Shown here: positions 22,890-42,172 of the stretch, one piece after another
How positions within the stretch are numbered: position 1 is the first letter of the stretch
Layout: each line of letters begins with the position of its first letter
From: Hormiphora californensis
Lineage: Eukaryota > Animalia > Ctenophora
DNA: 64,000 nucleotides
Direction of reading: 5' to 3'
Assembly (NCBI GenBank): GCA_020137815.1
Contig: CM035350.1
Span: forward strand, 6,758,001 to 6,822,000
Program-made: the position numbers and the translations under genes
The notes under the pieces: model-generated
Seen by the model: only the letters and a program-made list of their open reading frames with translations
Databases searched by the model: none
What the model was told of the DNA's origin: nothing

Positions 22890-23069
22890 CGAGGCCTTCA
22901 CACAATCAATTTACGAAGATTTCTTTTGTAATGGACCACCTATTATAATACACATATGAGCCAATTTTCTCTTTTTACCAGTCCCTGCAGTGTTTTTTCG
23001 AATTCCTCACAACTTCCAAATCGGAGCCCCCAACCCTTGTGTTACTACATGACAAAACATAACCCAACT

Positions 23070-23245
23070 ACACCCCTCCCTCAACTTACCTAACTTACCT
23101 CCATCAACTAACCTAACTAACCTCCTCCGGCCTCCCTCAACTAACCTAACTTACCTCCCTCCCTCCATCAACTAACCTAACTAACCTCCTCTGGCCTCCC
23201 TCAACTAACCTAACTTACCTCTTCCCTCCATCAACTAACTGCTAA
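23070..23245. repeat. Degenerate ~60-bp repeats leading into the 44-bp array
   Basis: CCTCCCTCAACTAACCTAACTTACCT units share words with the 44-bp array. Confidence 0.75.
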
Positions 23246-24932
23246 CTAACTGACTCTGCTCTATTTTATAGCACCCCTCCCTTCCTCAACTAACTGACTC
23301 TGCTCTATTTTATAGCACCCCTCCCTCCCTCAACTAACTGACTCTGCTCTATTTTATAGCACCCCTCCCTCCCTCAACTAACTGACTCTGCTCTATTTTA
23401 TAGCACCCCTCCCTCCCTCAACTAACTGACTCTGCTCTATTTTATAGCACCCCTCCCTCCCTCAACTAACTGACTCTGCTCTATTTTATAGCACCCCTCC
23501 CTCCCTCAACTAACTGACTCTGCTCTATTTTATAGCACCCCTCCCTTCCTCAACTAACTGACTCTGCTCTATTTTATAGCACCCCCTCCCTTCCTCAACT
23601 AACTGACTCTGCTCTATTTTATAGCACCCCTCCCTCAACTAACTGACGCTGCTCTATTTTATAGCACCCCTCCCTCCCTCAACTAACTGACTCTGCTCTA
23701 TTTTATAGCACCCCTCCCTCCCTCAACTAACTGACTCTGCTCTATTTTATAGCACCCCTCCCTCCCTCAACTAACTGACTCTGCTCTATTTTATAGCACC
23801 CCTCCCTCCCTCAACTAACTGACTCTGCTCTATTTTATAGCACCCCTCCCTTCCTCAACTAACTGACTCTGCTCTATTTTATAGCACCCCTCCCTTCCTC
23901 AACTAACTGACTCTGCTCTATTTTATAGCACCCCTCCCTTCCTCAACTAACTGACTCTGCTCTATTTTATAGCACCCCTCCCTCAACTAACTGACTCTGC
24001 TCTATTTTATAGCACCCCTCCCTCCCTCAACTAACTGACTCTGCTCTATTTTATAGCACCCCTCCCTTCCTCAACTAACTGACTCTGCTCTATTTTATAG
24101 CACCCCTCCCTCCCTCAACTAACTGACTCTGCTCTATTTTATAGCACCCCTCCCTCCCTCAACTAACTGACTCTGCTCTATTTTATAGCACCCCTCCCTT
24201 CCTCAACTAACTGACTCTGCTCTATTTTATAGCACCCCTCCCTCCCTCAACTAACTGACTCTGCTCTATTTTATAGCACCCCTCCCTTCCTCAACTAACT
24301 GACTCTGCTCTATTTTATAGCACCCCTCCCTCCCTCAACTAACTGACTCTGCTCTATTTTATAGCACCCCTCCCTTCCTCAACTAACTGACTCTGCTCTA
24401 TTTTATAGCACCCCTCCCTCCCTCAACTAACTGACTCTGCTCTATTTTATAGCACCCCTCCCTCCCTCAACTAACTGACTCTGCTCTATTTTATAGCACC
24501 CCTCCCTCCCTCAACTAACTGACTCTGCTCTATTTTATAGCACCCCTCCCTCCCTCAACTAACTGACTCTGCTCTATTTTATAGCACCCCTCCCTCCCTC
24601 AACTGACTCTGCTCTATTTTATAGCACCCCTCCATCAACTAACTGACTCTGCTCTATTTTTTAGCACCCCTCCATCAACTAACTGACTCTGCTCTATTTT
24701 ATAGCACCCCTCCCTCAACTATCTGACTCTGCTCTATTTTATAGCACCCTCCCTCCCTCAACTAACTGACTCTGCTCTATTTCATAGCACCCCTCCCTCA
24801 ACTAACTGACTCTGCTCTATTTCATAGCACCCCTCCGGCCTCCCTCAACTAACTGACTCTGCTCTATTTTATAGCACCCCTCCCTCCCTCAACTAACTAA
24901 CCTAACCAACTAATTGTATTTTATAGCACCCC
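23246..24932 (+). repeat. Tandem array of a 44-bp unit (CTAACTGACTCTGCTCTATTTTATAGCACCCCTCCCTCCCTCAA), ~38 copies; each unit reads as branch point + pyrimidine tract + AG
   Basis: Period 44 measured (TATAGC at 23311 and 23355); occasional 40-bp variants; no unique spacers. Confidence 0.95.
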
Positions 24933-24937
24933 GTGTC

Positions 24938-26337
24938 ATGGTGGGGGAGGACGATTTTGGTGAGATATTTGAGAAATCCCAAGAACAAGAATCACAACCA
25001 CCAGCTGAAGATGAAGACTACGATTCAGAATTATCTTTTGATAGCATTCCCGAAGGAGCATCAGCAGCCGATCTGTCCCATGCCCTCGATGATTTTGAAG
25101 AGGAGGATATACCCCTTCTGACCGATGAAGAGGAGATAGAGGGCGGGGAGAATTTATCGCCCCCTGTTGACAGTAGAGGTCCAAGAAGGGCGGCTGCAGA
25201 GCGGGCTGGGGAAGTCCTGGATAGAATAGTTGAGGAGGAGAAGGAGAATTGGTTGGATTACCGGGGGAAAAACAGGAGAAAGAGGGTGAGGAGAGACAAT
25301 GAAGAGGAGGATGGGATAATAAAACGATATAAGGAGGAGCCATACCATGTAGAACGAGGTACACATTGTCATTAGAGTCACACATTCATTATATATCATG
25401 TTTTGTTCAATGTGTGTGTGTGTGTGTGTGTTTGTGTGTGTGTCCCAAAATTGTCCAGTTATTGTTGTTTTGGTATGAAGACAGTGGTAGTTGTGTGGCT
25501 TTGTGATGGTCGACGGTAGCTCAAGTGGTAAGGTCATGTTGTGTCGTGTGTTATACAGTACTAGACGGAAGTTGTATTGCCCATGTCTGAACGAAAGTGT
25601 GATCTTGCCAATCTATATTGACAAGGTTATATTACACTTCCGTCTATCATGGTTAGGTCTTGTTTTATAATATGACTGTAAACAAACACATACACACATC
25701 ACTGTCTGTATCTCTCTGTACATGTAATAAAGCGCGGGGTTTCGCTCTCTCTCTCAGTGTGTACATCTGTCTGTTTTTACAGTCTACCACCGATGTACAC
25801 AAACACATCTCCCCTTTGATGTTCTCAATCATGTAGTGCAAATCCCAGGCCCCGGTTATCATTCATCATTTCACTGCCCCCTGGATTCCACCGCTCCTCT
25901 CTCCTACTGCTCCTGCTGCAGTATGTGTTGACTGTCAGAGAGAGGGGGAACACGAGTTGCGCGCGGATACCACACTCTCATGCTTTGTAGAGAATGGGTG
26001 TTGCGCGCATGAAAACCACACAACAGTAGGTGGCTGTTGAGTGTTTTGAGGCGCGCGGGCCGCCAGTCTAGCACTCTCACGTTGTTTTAACATGGCAGTG
26101 CGTGTGTTAGAAGTTTTCCTCTCCTCTTTGTCACACATTAACATCCGATGTTAGGTAAACAACAGTCTTGTATGTTTTCAGAGTGTACCTAATTGTGCTG
26201 TCACGATCGTCATGTTGAGCATCACCTTCTGTGACTCAAGGTTCAGGGTACATACCACATCTGAGAAATAGTTAACTTTCACTTCCCACATACACGAATC
26301 ACGATCCATCTACTATCCTCTCTCTCTCTCTCTCTCT

Positions 26338-26404
<67 letters not shown>

Positions 26405-29400
26405 CTCTCATATTTCCAACTAACCCCCTCTCTCATCTCAGTTCGACCCCGGTCTGGTGCAAAGATGAGTCTATATCGGAGTACCCGTCTCCTACAATAC
26501 CCTAGTCGGGGAAGGCGAATGAGCATGTTAGAAATATCCAGCAAACAAGTGGATGATGGGCTCATCTCCATCTTTAGAAGAGACATGCACTGTACTGATG
26601 CATGTATGATACGAGTCATTGAAATGTCTGGGGTGTGCAGGTAAGAAAACTTGTGATATGTTCTATCCCTCCGGGGCACGGTGAAAAAGGGTCGAGCAAA
26701 AGAAAATATTGTCCAGTAGCTCACCTTTGTCAATAAATCCAGTCCACCAGTTGGTTTTCTATCTGCCCTGAGTGTCTCTAACACATCTCTCTCTCTAACA
26801 TCTTTCTAACACATCTCTCTCCTGCTTACAGACAGTCAATGCTGAGCTGCACCATCCCCATGCTGTGCATAAACCGGACTCTCCTGGAGGAGAATGTAGC
26901 GAGCCTTTCACCCGGGTGTTTCCTACGAATCACCAGGATGCAGAACGCTGATAGTATCGATGTCTTCCAGAACAGTGATGTATTTGCTAAGAGGAGTGTG
27001 ATCAAGGGAGGTGATATTCTGAGGACGCTGGCGGTGTATGAGACAAGAGAGCAGTTTGATTTGCAGGTAGTTGTAGATAACCCGATCATACATGTACATT
27101 GTACACTGTACAGTGTACAATGTACACCTTATATAATCTTGGTAGCCGGCTACCCTTCTATTATTATAGTCGAGCCAGCTACCAACTCTTCCTTGTTCAT
27201 CTCAGTACTCTTGACTGAGCTCAACCGTTTGAACAGTGCCCCACGTACAATTGTGCAGCACTGACACACCGTCCCGGGTTTATCACTCATAATAATAAGT
27301 ACCACATTTACCGTGTGTATGTGCGGGTCGGTACCGGTAGCTAAAACAACTAATCAGGTGTCCCAGTATGCTGACTCGGAAAAGGAGGATGTCCCCTCTC
27401 CTCTGGATTACACTCACTATTACACCAAGTCCAATCAAACCATACCATTTTACATGCTCTTCAAGGTAACACACAGAGTCATGAATACACAGAGTTATCA
27501 TTCCCAGATTCATTCTCAAGATGTCAGGAACCGACCGAAACAAGTAAACAACCAATCAGAAATCGTTATTTAGGTCAAGTGACTGATTATCAGCCAATCA
27601 GGCACCAGTATTTCCTGATTCGGTCGGTTCCTGCAAGATGTATACCCCGAGGCCTGAAGGGGGGGGGGGGCCGGCTGAAGTTTTTGAAGTTTGAAGTTTT
27701 CCACCCTACTTTTTGAGTTTTTGAAGTTTTTGAAGTTGACTTCAAAAACTTCAAAAACTCTAAACTACTTTTTTATGCTATCAGTGACTATTATTACACT
27801 TGTTTAGGTTAGTTTCATGCTTAATACATATTGTGGTAAAGTTATCCGTACTTGTCTGCACTTTTTCTACCACAAATTAGGATATTTACAATGATTCCTA
27901 ACCATGAAATCCATGACACAATTTGGTGTAAAAAATTTAAATTTTTTGTAAAAACAGATTATATTTTCATTCTATAACTCAAAATATTGCCTAGAAAATG
28001 CTAAGAATGTGTTTAGAAGTTATGAAGTAAATTTTCAAATTTTTTTTGGGGCCACACCCTTTTTGCCAGTTTCACAAAATGTAAATTTTTTATGAAGGGA
28101 GTAGTGAAAAAATTATGGTCACCAAAATCATCAGCGGCCTCGAGTTAGTGGGGGTACGTGCCAAAATGAAGTCTCCACCTCATCTAATTCGAGGGATAAT
28201 GGGATATTTTCATAATTTTGTGTGTGCGCATGACTTTTTTTGGGCTAGACCAGTTTTAATGGTTTATGAGTGACTATAGGCTTTTTAAAGGGGTGCATCT
28301 TGTTCGGAATATGCAAGTTTATATAAGAGTTATGAAGCAACATAGGGCCTATCTCCAACGGTTTAGGAGATATGAGTTTTTGAAGTTTTTGAAGTTTTTG
28401 AAGTTTTCCACCCTAAGTTTCTCTTTGAAGTTTTTGAAGTTGACTTCAAAAACTTCAGCCGGCCCCCCCCCCCCCCCCCCCCCGGCCTGAACACAGATTC
28501 ATTCTTCCTATACTCCCCCTCCCCCCGTTATTCTAATGACCAGATTCATTCATCTCCCCCACAAATGTTTGATCTCTTACTAACACTCTCCTCCCTCCTG
28601 CAGGACCAGGATATGCTGGATAAGGAGGCCCGGAAGGTGCTTTACAACAGATTTACCAACATCCAGCGGCTAGACCGAGGTGTCGGATCACGTCTGAAAT
28701 GGAAGTACATGGAACGCTATGGGATAGATGACAATGACACTATCGAGAACCTGGAACAGAAGGCTAACGTCAGTTTCTCTATCTTCCGACACACTGGATA
28801 CTTGTTGTACGAGAGTAGGGAGTACAGGGAGAAGCATGTGACTATGATAAAGGCACCCAGCGGGCTCTACTACTTCATCCCAAAGAGAATGCTGGGGGCA
28901 TTCGGTAGCCAGTGGGCACACCGGTACAAATGGAATGACAGGAAGTATCACAACAACATCAAGATGCAACGTGAGGCTATGAAAACAGCACCCCCACAGT
29001 TAGAGGTTGACCTATCCGCCACCCCGTACTCTAAACCCCGTGCTGTGAGCATTCCCCTACAGCCCAGTGATCAAGTGGGGGAGAAACCGGGGGAGGAGGA
29101 GGTGATCACCCGGAACACCAAGCTGCACAGCCCCATTGTACGGGGTCCCCAGGATCTATATCCGCGGTATGTCCGAGGTAAAGGGGGCTACAAGGCCAGG
29201 ACACCCCACGTTAAGAAGCGGTGTGATCAACCTGCTGGTGACGATGATGGGACGACGGAGCAGGGAGATGATGAATCCTCGCTAAAGCATGAGACTGAGA
29301 CTACCGGAATGGATGCGTTGTGGTCACCGAAATTGCTAACTTTGATTGATACTGAGTACGATATCGCTGCCCTCCCGCTCGGAGGAAAGATGGAACAGAC

Positions 29401-30838
29401 AGTGAGGCTGATGACGGTGGGTAGTAAGGGAGAGAATTCTCCTGGGGGATCCAAAGTCACCATGATCAGTACCAATAAAGTACTGGCTAAGGGGGAGATT
29501 CTTTTGACCACTAAGGATCATATCATTTTCATAATTCCGAGGACTAAGAACAACAAGAAGGTTGCCACTCTGGACAGTAGTCAGGGGAGTGAGGGCTCCA
29601 ACCAGGACAGCCTTTCTGATCCGGCAAGTGGTGAATCTAATAGTAGCAGTCAGGAATCGACCGAGAGTTCCATCCAGTCACAGCAGGAATGCCCCATCCA
29701 ATCACAACCGGAATGCTCCAACCAATTACAGCAGGAATGCTCTATCCAATCACAGCCGGAATGCTCCATCCAATCACAGCCGGAATGCCCTATCCAATCA
29801 CAGCCGGAATACTCCATCCAATCACAGCCGGAATGCTCTATCAAATCACAGCCGGAATGCTCCATTCAATCACAGCCGGAATGCTCTATCAAATCACAAG
29901 CGGAATGCTCCATCCAATCACAGCCGGAATGCTCTATCCAATCACAGCCGGAATACTCCATTCAATCACAGCCGGAATGTCCCATCCAATCAGAATCCAT
30001 AATACCACAGAAGAGTTTCACCCAATTGCTACTAGAAAGTTCCGACCTATTACAGCAGGAATGGGCAACCCAACCATCAATACCAGAGTCTTCCACTGCC
30101 CCGCTAGAGTCGTCCACTGCTCACCCAGAGTCTTCCACTCCCCCGCCAGAGTCTTCCACTGCTCAGCCTGAAAAGAATAAGGAGGAACCAGCGGTACAGT
30201 TACATGTTATTTACCCCTCCCACAAAAGGGCACACGAGGAGCTAGAGTTTGCAGCTTCAAGGTCGCCATGGTACAAAAGTGGTACAAAAGTGGCCCCCAA
30301 ACCGAAGCCGTTTGCGATTAAGGTTGACGCGGGTAAGGAAAACAGTGTGATCACAGTGTCTGACTCGGATGACGATGATGAACCAGCTCCACCACCCTCC
30401 TCCCAGGTTATTGTACTAGCTGATGATACTGAGTCAGTGAAACCTACTACCGGGCAGAAGAAGGTTACAGTGGAGCAGCAAATTGAAATAGTTGCACGAG
30501 AGTCAAACAAACAGAAGCCCCCAGCTCCCCATAGATCTTTGTTGGCAAACAGATCTAGCAGACAATCATTACCCTACAAGCCCTTCAGACCTCTTGCTAG
30601 GGGGCCCTCGAAAGGTTACCGTGTGGGAATTCCACAAGTTCAACTGATCCCCTCTGTCGTCCTTCCCTGGCCCCGAGGAGGTGGTCCCTCATCCCGGTCA
30701 GGACGGCGCATGATGCCCATAGCCCTGCCAGTTTCCTCCTCAGTCTCGATAGCTCCCCTTACACAATCCACCAAAAAAACATCCAGCAAAAAACAACAGA
30801 TCAGTTGCAGTACCTCATCGGCAACAGTGTCATGGTAA
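24938..30838 (+). CDS. Orphan 4-exon protein (~1029 aa): acidic N-terminus, basic NLS-like patch, globular core, QSQPECSI repeats, disordered C-terminus
   Basis: Exons 24938-25358, 26442-26640, 26832-27066 and 28604-30838 join with phases 1/2/0 through GT-AG introns with no stops. Branch points AACTAAC (26418) and TACTAAC (28578) precede acceptors. Confidence 0.75.
27525..27633. mobile_element. 109-bp hAT-type MITE
   Basis: TIR CAGGAACCGACCGAA / TTCGGTCGGTTCCTG; perfect 8-bp TSD CAAGATGT. Confidence 0.92.
27651..28488. mobile_element. Non-autonomous TIR element with poly-G/poly-C-containing ends and subterminal GAAGTTTTT repeats
   Basis: (G)nCCGGCTGAAGTTTTTGAAGT at left and ACTTCAAAAACTTCAGCCGG(C)n at right; AT-rich interior; in intron 3 of the orphan gene. 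Confidence 0.75.
29670..30170 (+). repeat. Coding tandem repeats: 24-bp (IQSQPECS) x ~13, then 21-bp (PESSTAP) x4
   Basis: Visible in the DNA and in the 28565-30838 ORF translation. Confidence 0.95.
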
Positions 30839-31146
30839 TGGTGAGACACTTTTTCTAGGACACTCGGACAGATGCTTTTTGTACGGTATTTTTGTACGCC
30901 AAATGATTAACTTATTAGTGTGCGAGAAAGTAACGAGAAATAAACTGTCTCTTTTAACTCGATATTTTTTGATCTGTTAAAGTGATTTTTCATGTTTTTA
31001 AAAGGTTTATTACCAGTCTGGTACGATATTATATATATGATATAATGTTCGATAGATTCGTTGGGCAAGATCCGGGAGAGAGAGCCTTCTTTCGTAGGTA
31101 ATGAAATTACCTACGATATAGCTCACGGGGTGACTTCATTACAGCG

Positions 31147-31395
31147 CCGCTTGTAGTCGTATTACCCTAATGGAAATACAGTAACGAGACGCACACTTTG
31201 CATAACGCACGGCAAAAATTGCATACAGCACTTTTTGCCGCGCGTTATGCAAAGTGTGCGTGTATGTATGTATGCATCTTTGATGTATGTATGCATCTTT
31301 GATGTGTTCAGCACGTACTAGCGCCCTGACTGGCCACGGTTGCGCGTCTTCATACTGTATCTCCGTTTTCCATTACCGTTTTCCCACTACAAGCG
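31147..31395. mobile_element. Palindromic MITE-like element
   Basis: Ends CCGCTTGTAGT / ACTACAAGCGG; inner hairpin CGCACACTTTGCATAACGC / GCGTTATGCAAAGTGTGCG. Confidence 0.6.
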
Positions 31396-32169
31396 GCCGG
31401 GTAACCAACTTCTTTCGGATCTGGTCCAAAGAGTAGAGATCCCGTAGAGATATAATACGAAGGTCGCTTGCCATCCCTGATATTATGTCGCACTAATTTC
31501 TAATTGTGACCCAAATTATCGCTGTTTGGCGACGATTCGGGGTATATATTTGAAATGGCTCTTGGCTAATGGGAGATATAAATTGTTTTGTAACGCCGAC
31601 AAATGACGATATTATTATTAGTCCTAGCTGGCTTTTAGAAATGTCTCAGTAAGCAAGGGCAGCCCTTTCCTTGTATATCGAGATGAGAAAAGTTCCTATA
31701 TTATTGTAGGTGATCATAGATAGTTTAGCCAGGACGGGTATGACATCTGTCCTTGCTAAAAAAAGCGGCTTTTACTTTTTTTACTGCTGGGGAGAAAATA
31801 AATTATTCCTAACTTATTAAAAGTTTCACAACAGTGATTTTGGTACTTTTTTAGCATAGCACTTATGGGGCCAAGTGGCAAGTTTTTTAGCTAGTGTGCG
31901 AGTGAATTTGAGAGCGAAATCTTAAACCAAACTTCCTGTATGAAATAACTTATTCCACTTTTAGTACCTTTAAAGTACATTGTTTTCAAATTAATGTGCC
32001 AGGTTTGCTCTATCGGTAATCTTGTCGACACACGACAATCCTTTAATCGCGTCGCTATGTTGAGTAAGGGGGAAGCGTCGCTCAAAACCTGCAATGTAAA
32101 GTCGGATGAGCAATCCTGGCATCAAGTGTGTTCAACACCCCAAATCACCCTTGTTACAACAACACCACC

Positions 32170-32343
32170 CAGCATAAATCACCCCCCTAGCACCCATATA
32201 ATATGATAATAATCACCTCTATTTCTAGCAACCATATCTGATAATAATCACCCCCTCTAGCACCCATATCTGATAACAATCACCCCCTCTATTTCTAGCA
32301 CCCATAATCCATATCTGATAATAATCACCCCTCTAGCACCCAT
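32170..32343. repeat. Degenerate minisatellite (ATAATCACCCCCTCTAGCACCCATATCTG), ~5 copies
   Basis: Direct reading. Confidence 0.75.
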
Positions 32344-32989
32344 GTGATATCCTACGTGTTCCACGAATAGAAGATCAAGATCACCACACCGCCACCAAGG
32401 TCAGAATGATAGCCCTTACCAGGGCTTCCTGTTGTTGTGATATATATTGGGTTGTTGTTTGTTAACCCCTGTTTGTTGACTCAACAAGTTGTTGTAGTTG
32501 TCCTTCCTCAGACCGGGTCGATGAAACGGGCATTTGAAATAACCGGGGGTGGGGGCTGACCAGTTGAAAATTGAAACACGCAAATTAAAAGTGGTAAAGG
32601 GATAGTGTGGGTTGTGGCATTATCATTACTAAATAATAAGGGATATCAGCAATAACAACAGATTAACAAAATTGTCGCATCACCATAATATGCAGTGAAA
32701 TAAACAAACTTATAATTAAAGCACTTTATAGCTCCGGAGACCCCTGTCTAAGCTGGGGGTCTAACGCCGCCAGGCAGTTCAAAAGGGCCCTTTTGTGTAA
32801 GAGCTCTACAGTATAAGAGAGACCCTCTCCCCGTAGCAATAACAATTAACATACTGAACAAATAAATAGTCAGTCAATACCCCTGTAATATCTCTTTATC
32901 AAGCTGGATAATAATATCTGTCCCTTTCCGAGCTCTATCTTCACACTTCAGTAGATTCTGTAACAGAATGAGTGATCACCCGGTTCTCC

Positions 32990-39138
<6,149 letters not shown>

Positions 39139-39154
39139 GGCGATCATCGCTGCA

Positions 39155-39400
39155 GGGCGGGGGAGGAATGTGGTTAGAGTGGGGGAGGAATGTGGTTAGG
39201 ACGGGGGAGGGAATGTGGTTATGGTGGGGGAGGAATGTGGTTAAAGTGGGGGAGGAATGTGGTTAAAGTGGGCGAGGAATGTGGTTAGGGTGCGGAGGAA
39301 TGTGGTTAGGTGGGGGAGGAATGTGGTTATGGCGGGGGAGGGATGTGGTTAGGGCGGGAGATGAGTATGGTCAGAGTGGGGACGAATGTGGTTAGGGTAA
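39155..39400 (-). repeat. ~20-bp tandem repeat ((C/T/A)TAACCACATTCCTCCCCC on the - strand), ~12 copies, directly upstream of glass
   Basis: GGGGAGGAATGTGGTTA units on the + strand. Confidence 0.9.
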
Positions 39401-42136
39401 GTGGGTAACCAAATCACAGACAAATCAAGTTTAGGCAGCAAATCGATATTGAACTATGTAGCAGGTCAACAAAATACTAATGCTCTACGTGGGCACCTCT
39501 CGCATCGATTTCTTCCCGGTTTTAGGGTTTCCCTCGATTCACAATCATCCAACTCAAATCTAGCTTTGATTAATCAGACCCCGTGATGATGCTGGTGGGG
39601 GAGTTGAGGGGCTCGATTGGGCAACTAATACTACACTGCGCTATAATGATCATCTTTGAGGGCTTCTTTTTCTATCTACCCAATCGCATCATGATAAATC
39701 ACAGTACATGTCTCACACTTCATAACCATTCATGAAACCACAAAACAGTAACAATGGAATGTACTTTTTCAAATTCCAATGCTAACTAAAATGTCACAAT
39801 ATATTAATGGTCAGCACAATGGCGAAAGAAAATCGATGAGGGTGTCAGTGTTGGAGAGAGAGGGGGCAAGTTGATCTTTTAATTGAATATCCGGCTATTG
39901 GTTGACTGTTCTACAGTGTAACACCCCCCAGTGTCTGCTGATCTCTTGGCTAGTATACTAGTAATGTGTGTGTAAATATCCCCCGATTAAGGTTTCCCTG
40001 GCACATGAGGCTTGCATGTGTAATCATGGGGGGAAACCATTTCAAGTGCATGCATTTGAAGGAGAAACACAAGGATAGGGCGCAATTCAGGAGCTTCGCA
40101 GCGGCAGTTCTAGGGTCTCAAAAAAGTGGGAGAACTGGGGTGTGTGTGAGCGTAGGTTGTTCCCTCGCTTCCGGCCGACACGCGTTATCCACCCTGGCCT
40201 CCAGGCATCCCGCCGCCGCCGCCGCCGACTCGTTTCATTCCGCAGACACTGAGGGAGCGATATGAGTGGCTTCATATTAACTCCCTTTACTGAGAGAGGG
40301 AAAATGAAAAGCGAGAGGAGTATCGGGCTTCCCCCGAAGTGCTGGCGCCGCTTTCTAAAGCTTCCCTTCTCTCTTATTTAGGAGAAGCTCTAACCGCGGC
40401 CTGTTCATTTCTCTCTCTCTGCAGTTCCTTATTGTGAGTCGGTGTGTGCCCTTGGAACTCAGCATTCGATCATTCCAGTAGGACTCTCCGCAACACATGA
40501 GGAACAACTCGGTGTAGGCGTATCTTTCAGAGAGATCATACCCCTTTCAAATTAACAGATCTACAGCAGATGATGCCCCTTTCAAATTAATAGATCAACA
40601 GCAGATGATGCCCCTTTCAAACTTAACAGATCTACAGCAGACGATGCCCCTCTCATTTCTCAACGAAGACAGCAGTAACAGCAACACTTCTGTTAACCGA
40701 TCACAGAATATATATATATATGAGCTCTCTCTCACGATCATGGCCCCCATTTTAATTGAATACGTGCCCCTAGTCATGCAATCAATCTGATCTAGTCTAG
40801 ATCTTGCCTTCTGCTCTGATACCCACAGTATCAAATACCTTGCGACACCTTGTAAGCTTCTCTTCAATTTGCTCTCTCTCCATCCATCCCTCGCTCTCTC
40901 TCGCTCTCTCTCTCTTTTTGGACCGGCTATAATTGAATTGAACAGCTGGGAAAATCTTGGCGAGGTGAGAGATCACCGGGAGGTTTGCAATGAGATACAG
41001 TGTGGGGTATGGTGCTTGGCAACTGCACCCTACAACGTGGGAACAAGCTTAGAGTAACATGCTTGTCAGGTATCTGTTAATCAATGTTCTAGTACAAGCT
41101 GATATATATTATAAGGCAACCAATGGTAGTGATCTATGAAGGGACCATGAATCTCTTCCACGAAGACCCACAACACAAATTAAACTGATGATTGAAGAGT
41201 TCAAATACAGTGTCAGGAGACTGATGAGGGGTAACAAGAAATGGCGAGGATCTGGGATCTGTGATTAGGAAATCACCACTATAATGCCGGAAGTGAAAGG
41301 AAAGACCACTGTGAGATATCACTGCTCGTTCCCAGAGACAGGGGGGTGAAACACAAGATCGGACCCTGTTAATAAGGATTGATCAGGGGACAAGCAGAGC
41401 TGGGAACACAGCGCTCAATCAGACTGAGCTGTCTGGGAAACAACGCAAAACCAATCAACGGGATCCCGGAAATGTTCTATTACACTACAAAGCTGATCAA
41501 GGACTACAATTTAACAGTAATATCACACATTTTATGATCGAAATGAAACTAGATGATGATCACCGATCTAAATCAGTAAAGCTGAAGTGTACAGGGTCAT
41601 GACTGGTATGATGTAGTAGGTATAGCAAGGCGGGTTTATGGTGACAAGTGTAACCCTGTTCTGTCATCAAACAGCTCCAGCTCTCACGTCACGTACATTC
41701 ATTTTTCCCTCCCTCTATCTCCCCCCTACCCTTGTGTATGATGTGATACACCCGAAAAACGTTCAAGTAGAGCGAGTATACATTACAAGCTAGAGGAGCT
41801 GTCTGCACCTGGAGAACTGCGACAACAACAACTAGCAGAGCTGTGGGAGTTCCCATTTTCAAGGAGGGTCTACATAGTGGAATTAAAAGAGATCTCCAGT
41901 CGAGACGATCTCCCCCAGGGATCACGTGGTTACCATGGCAACCAATGAACTCGCTCATCACGGGTCACGTGATAAAGATGGACCAATAGGGTGAGGGGAC
42001 CTTCCTAACAGTCGGACAATTCACACTACGATTTATCAAAACTCGGAGTGTTAATTGTGCAGTGGCTAGTACATATAAAATATATATAATGCTGAGCATC
42101 ATCATTTCTCAAAGTTCATTTCTACCTTACCTCCTA

Positions 42137-42172
<36 letters not shown>

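Noticed and set aside
23246-24932. CRISPR array interpretation of the 44-bp repeats
   Set aside because: Units are head-to-tail with no unique spacers, there are no cas genes, and the context is eukaryotic.
23246-24932. Minus-strand reading as tandem TATA box (TATAAAA) + Inr (TCAGTT) promoters
   Set aside because: TATA-to-Inr spacing is ~19 nt rather than ~30, and no minus-strand gene follows. The splice-acceptor reading fits better.
29562-30171. Alternative-frame repeat ORFs (NHSRNAPS, PITAGML)
   Set aside because: Shadow frames of the 24-bp coding repeat.
21000-31000. A complete Polinton or endogenous virus spanning the F-box and orphan genes
   Set aside because: No PolB, integrase, ATPase or capsid ORFs, no long TIRs, and the orphan gene has host-type introns.
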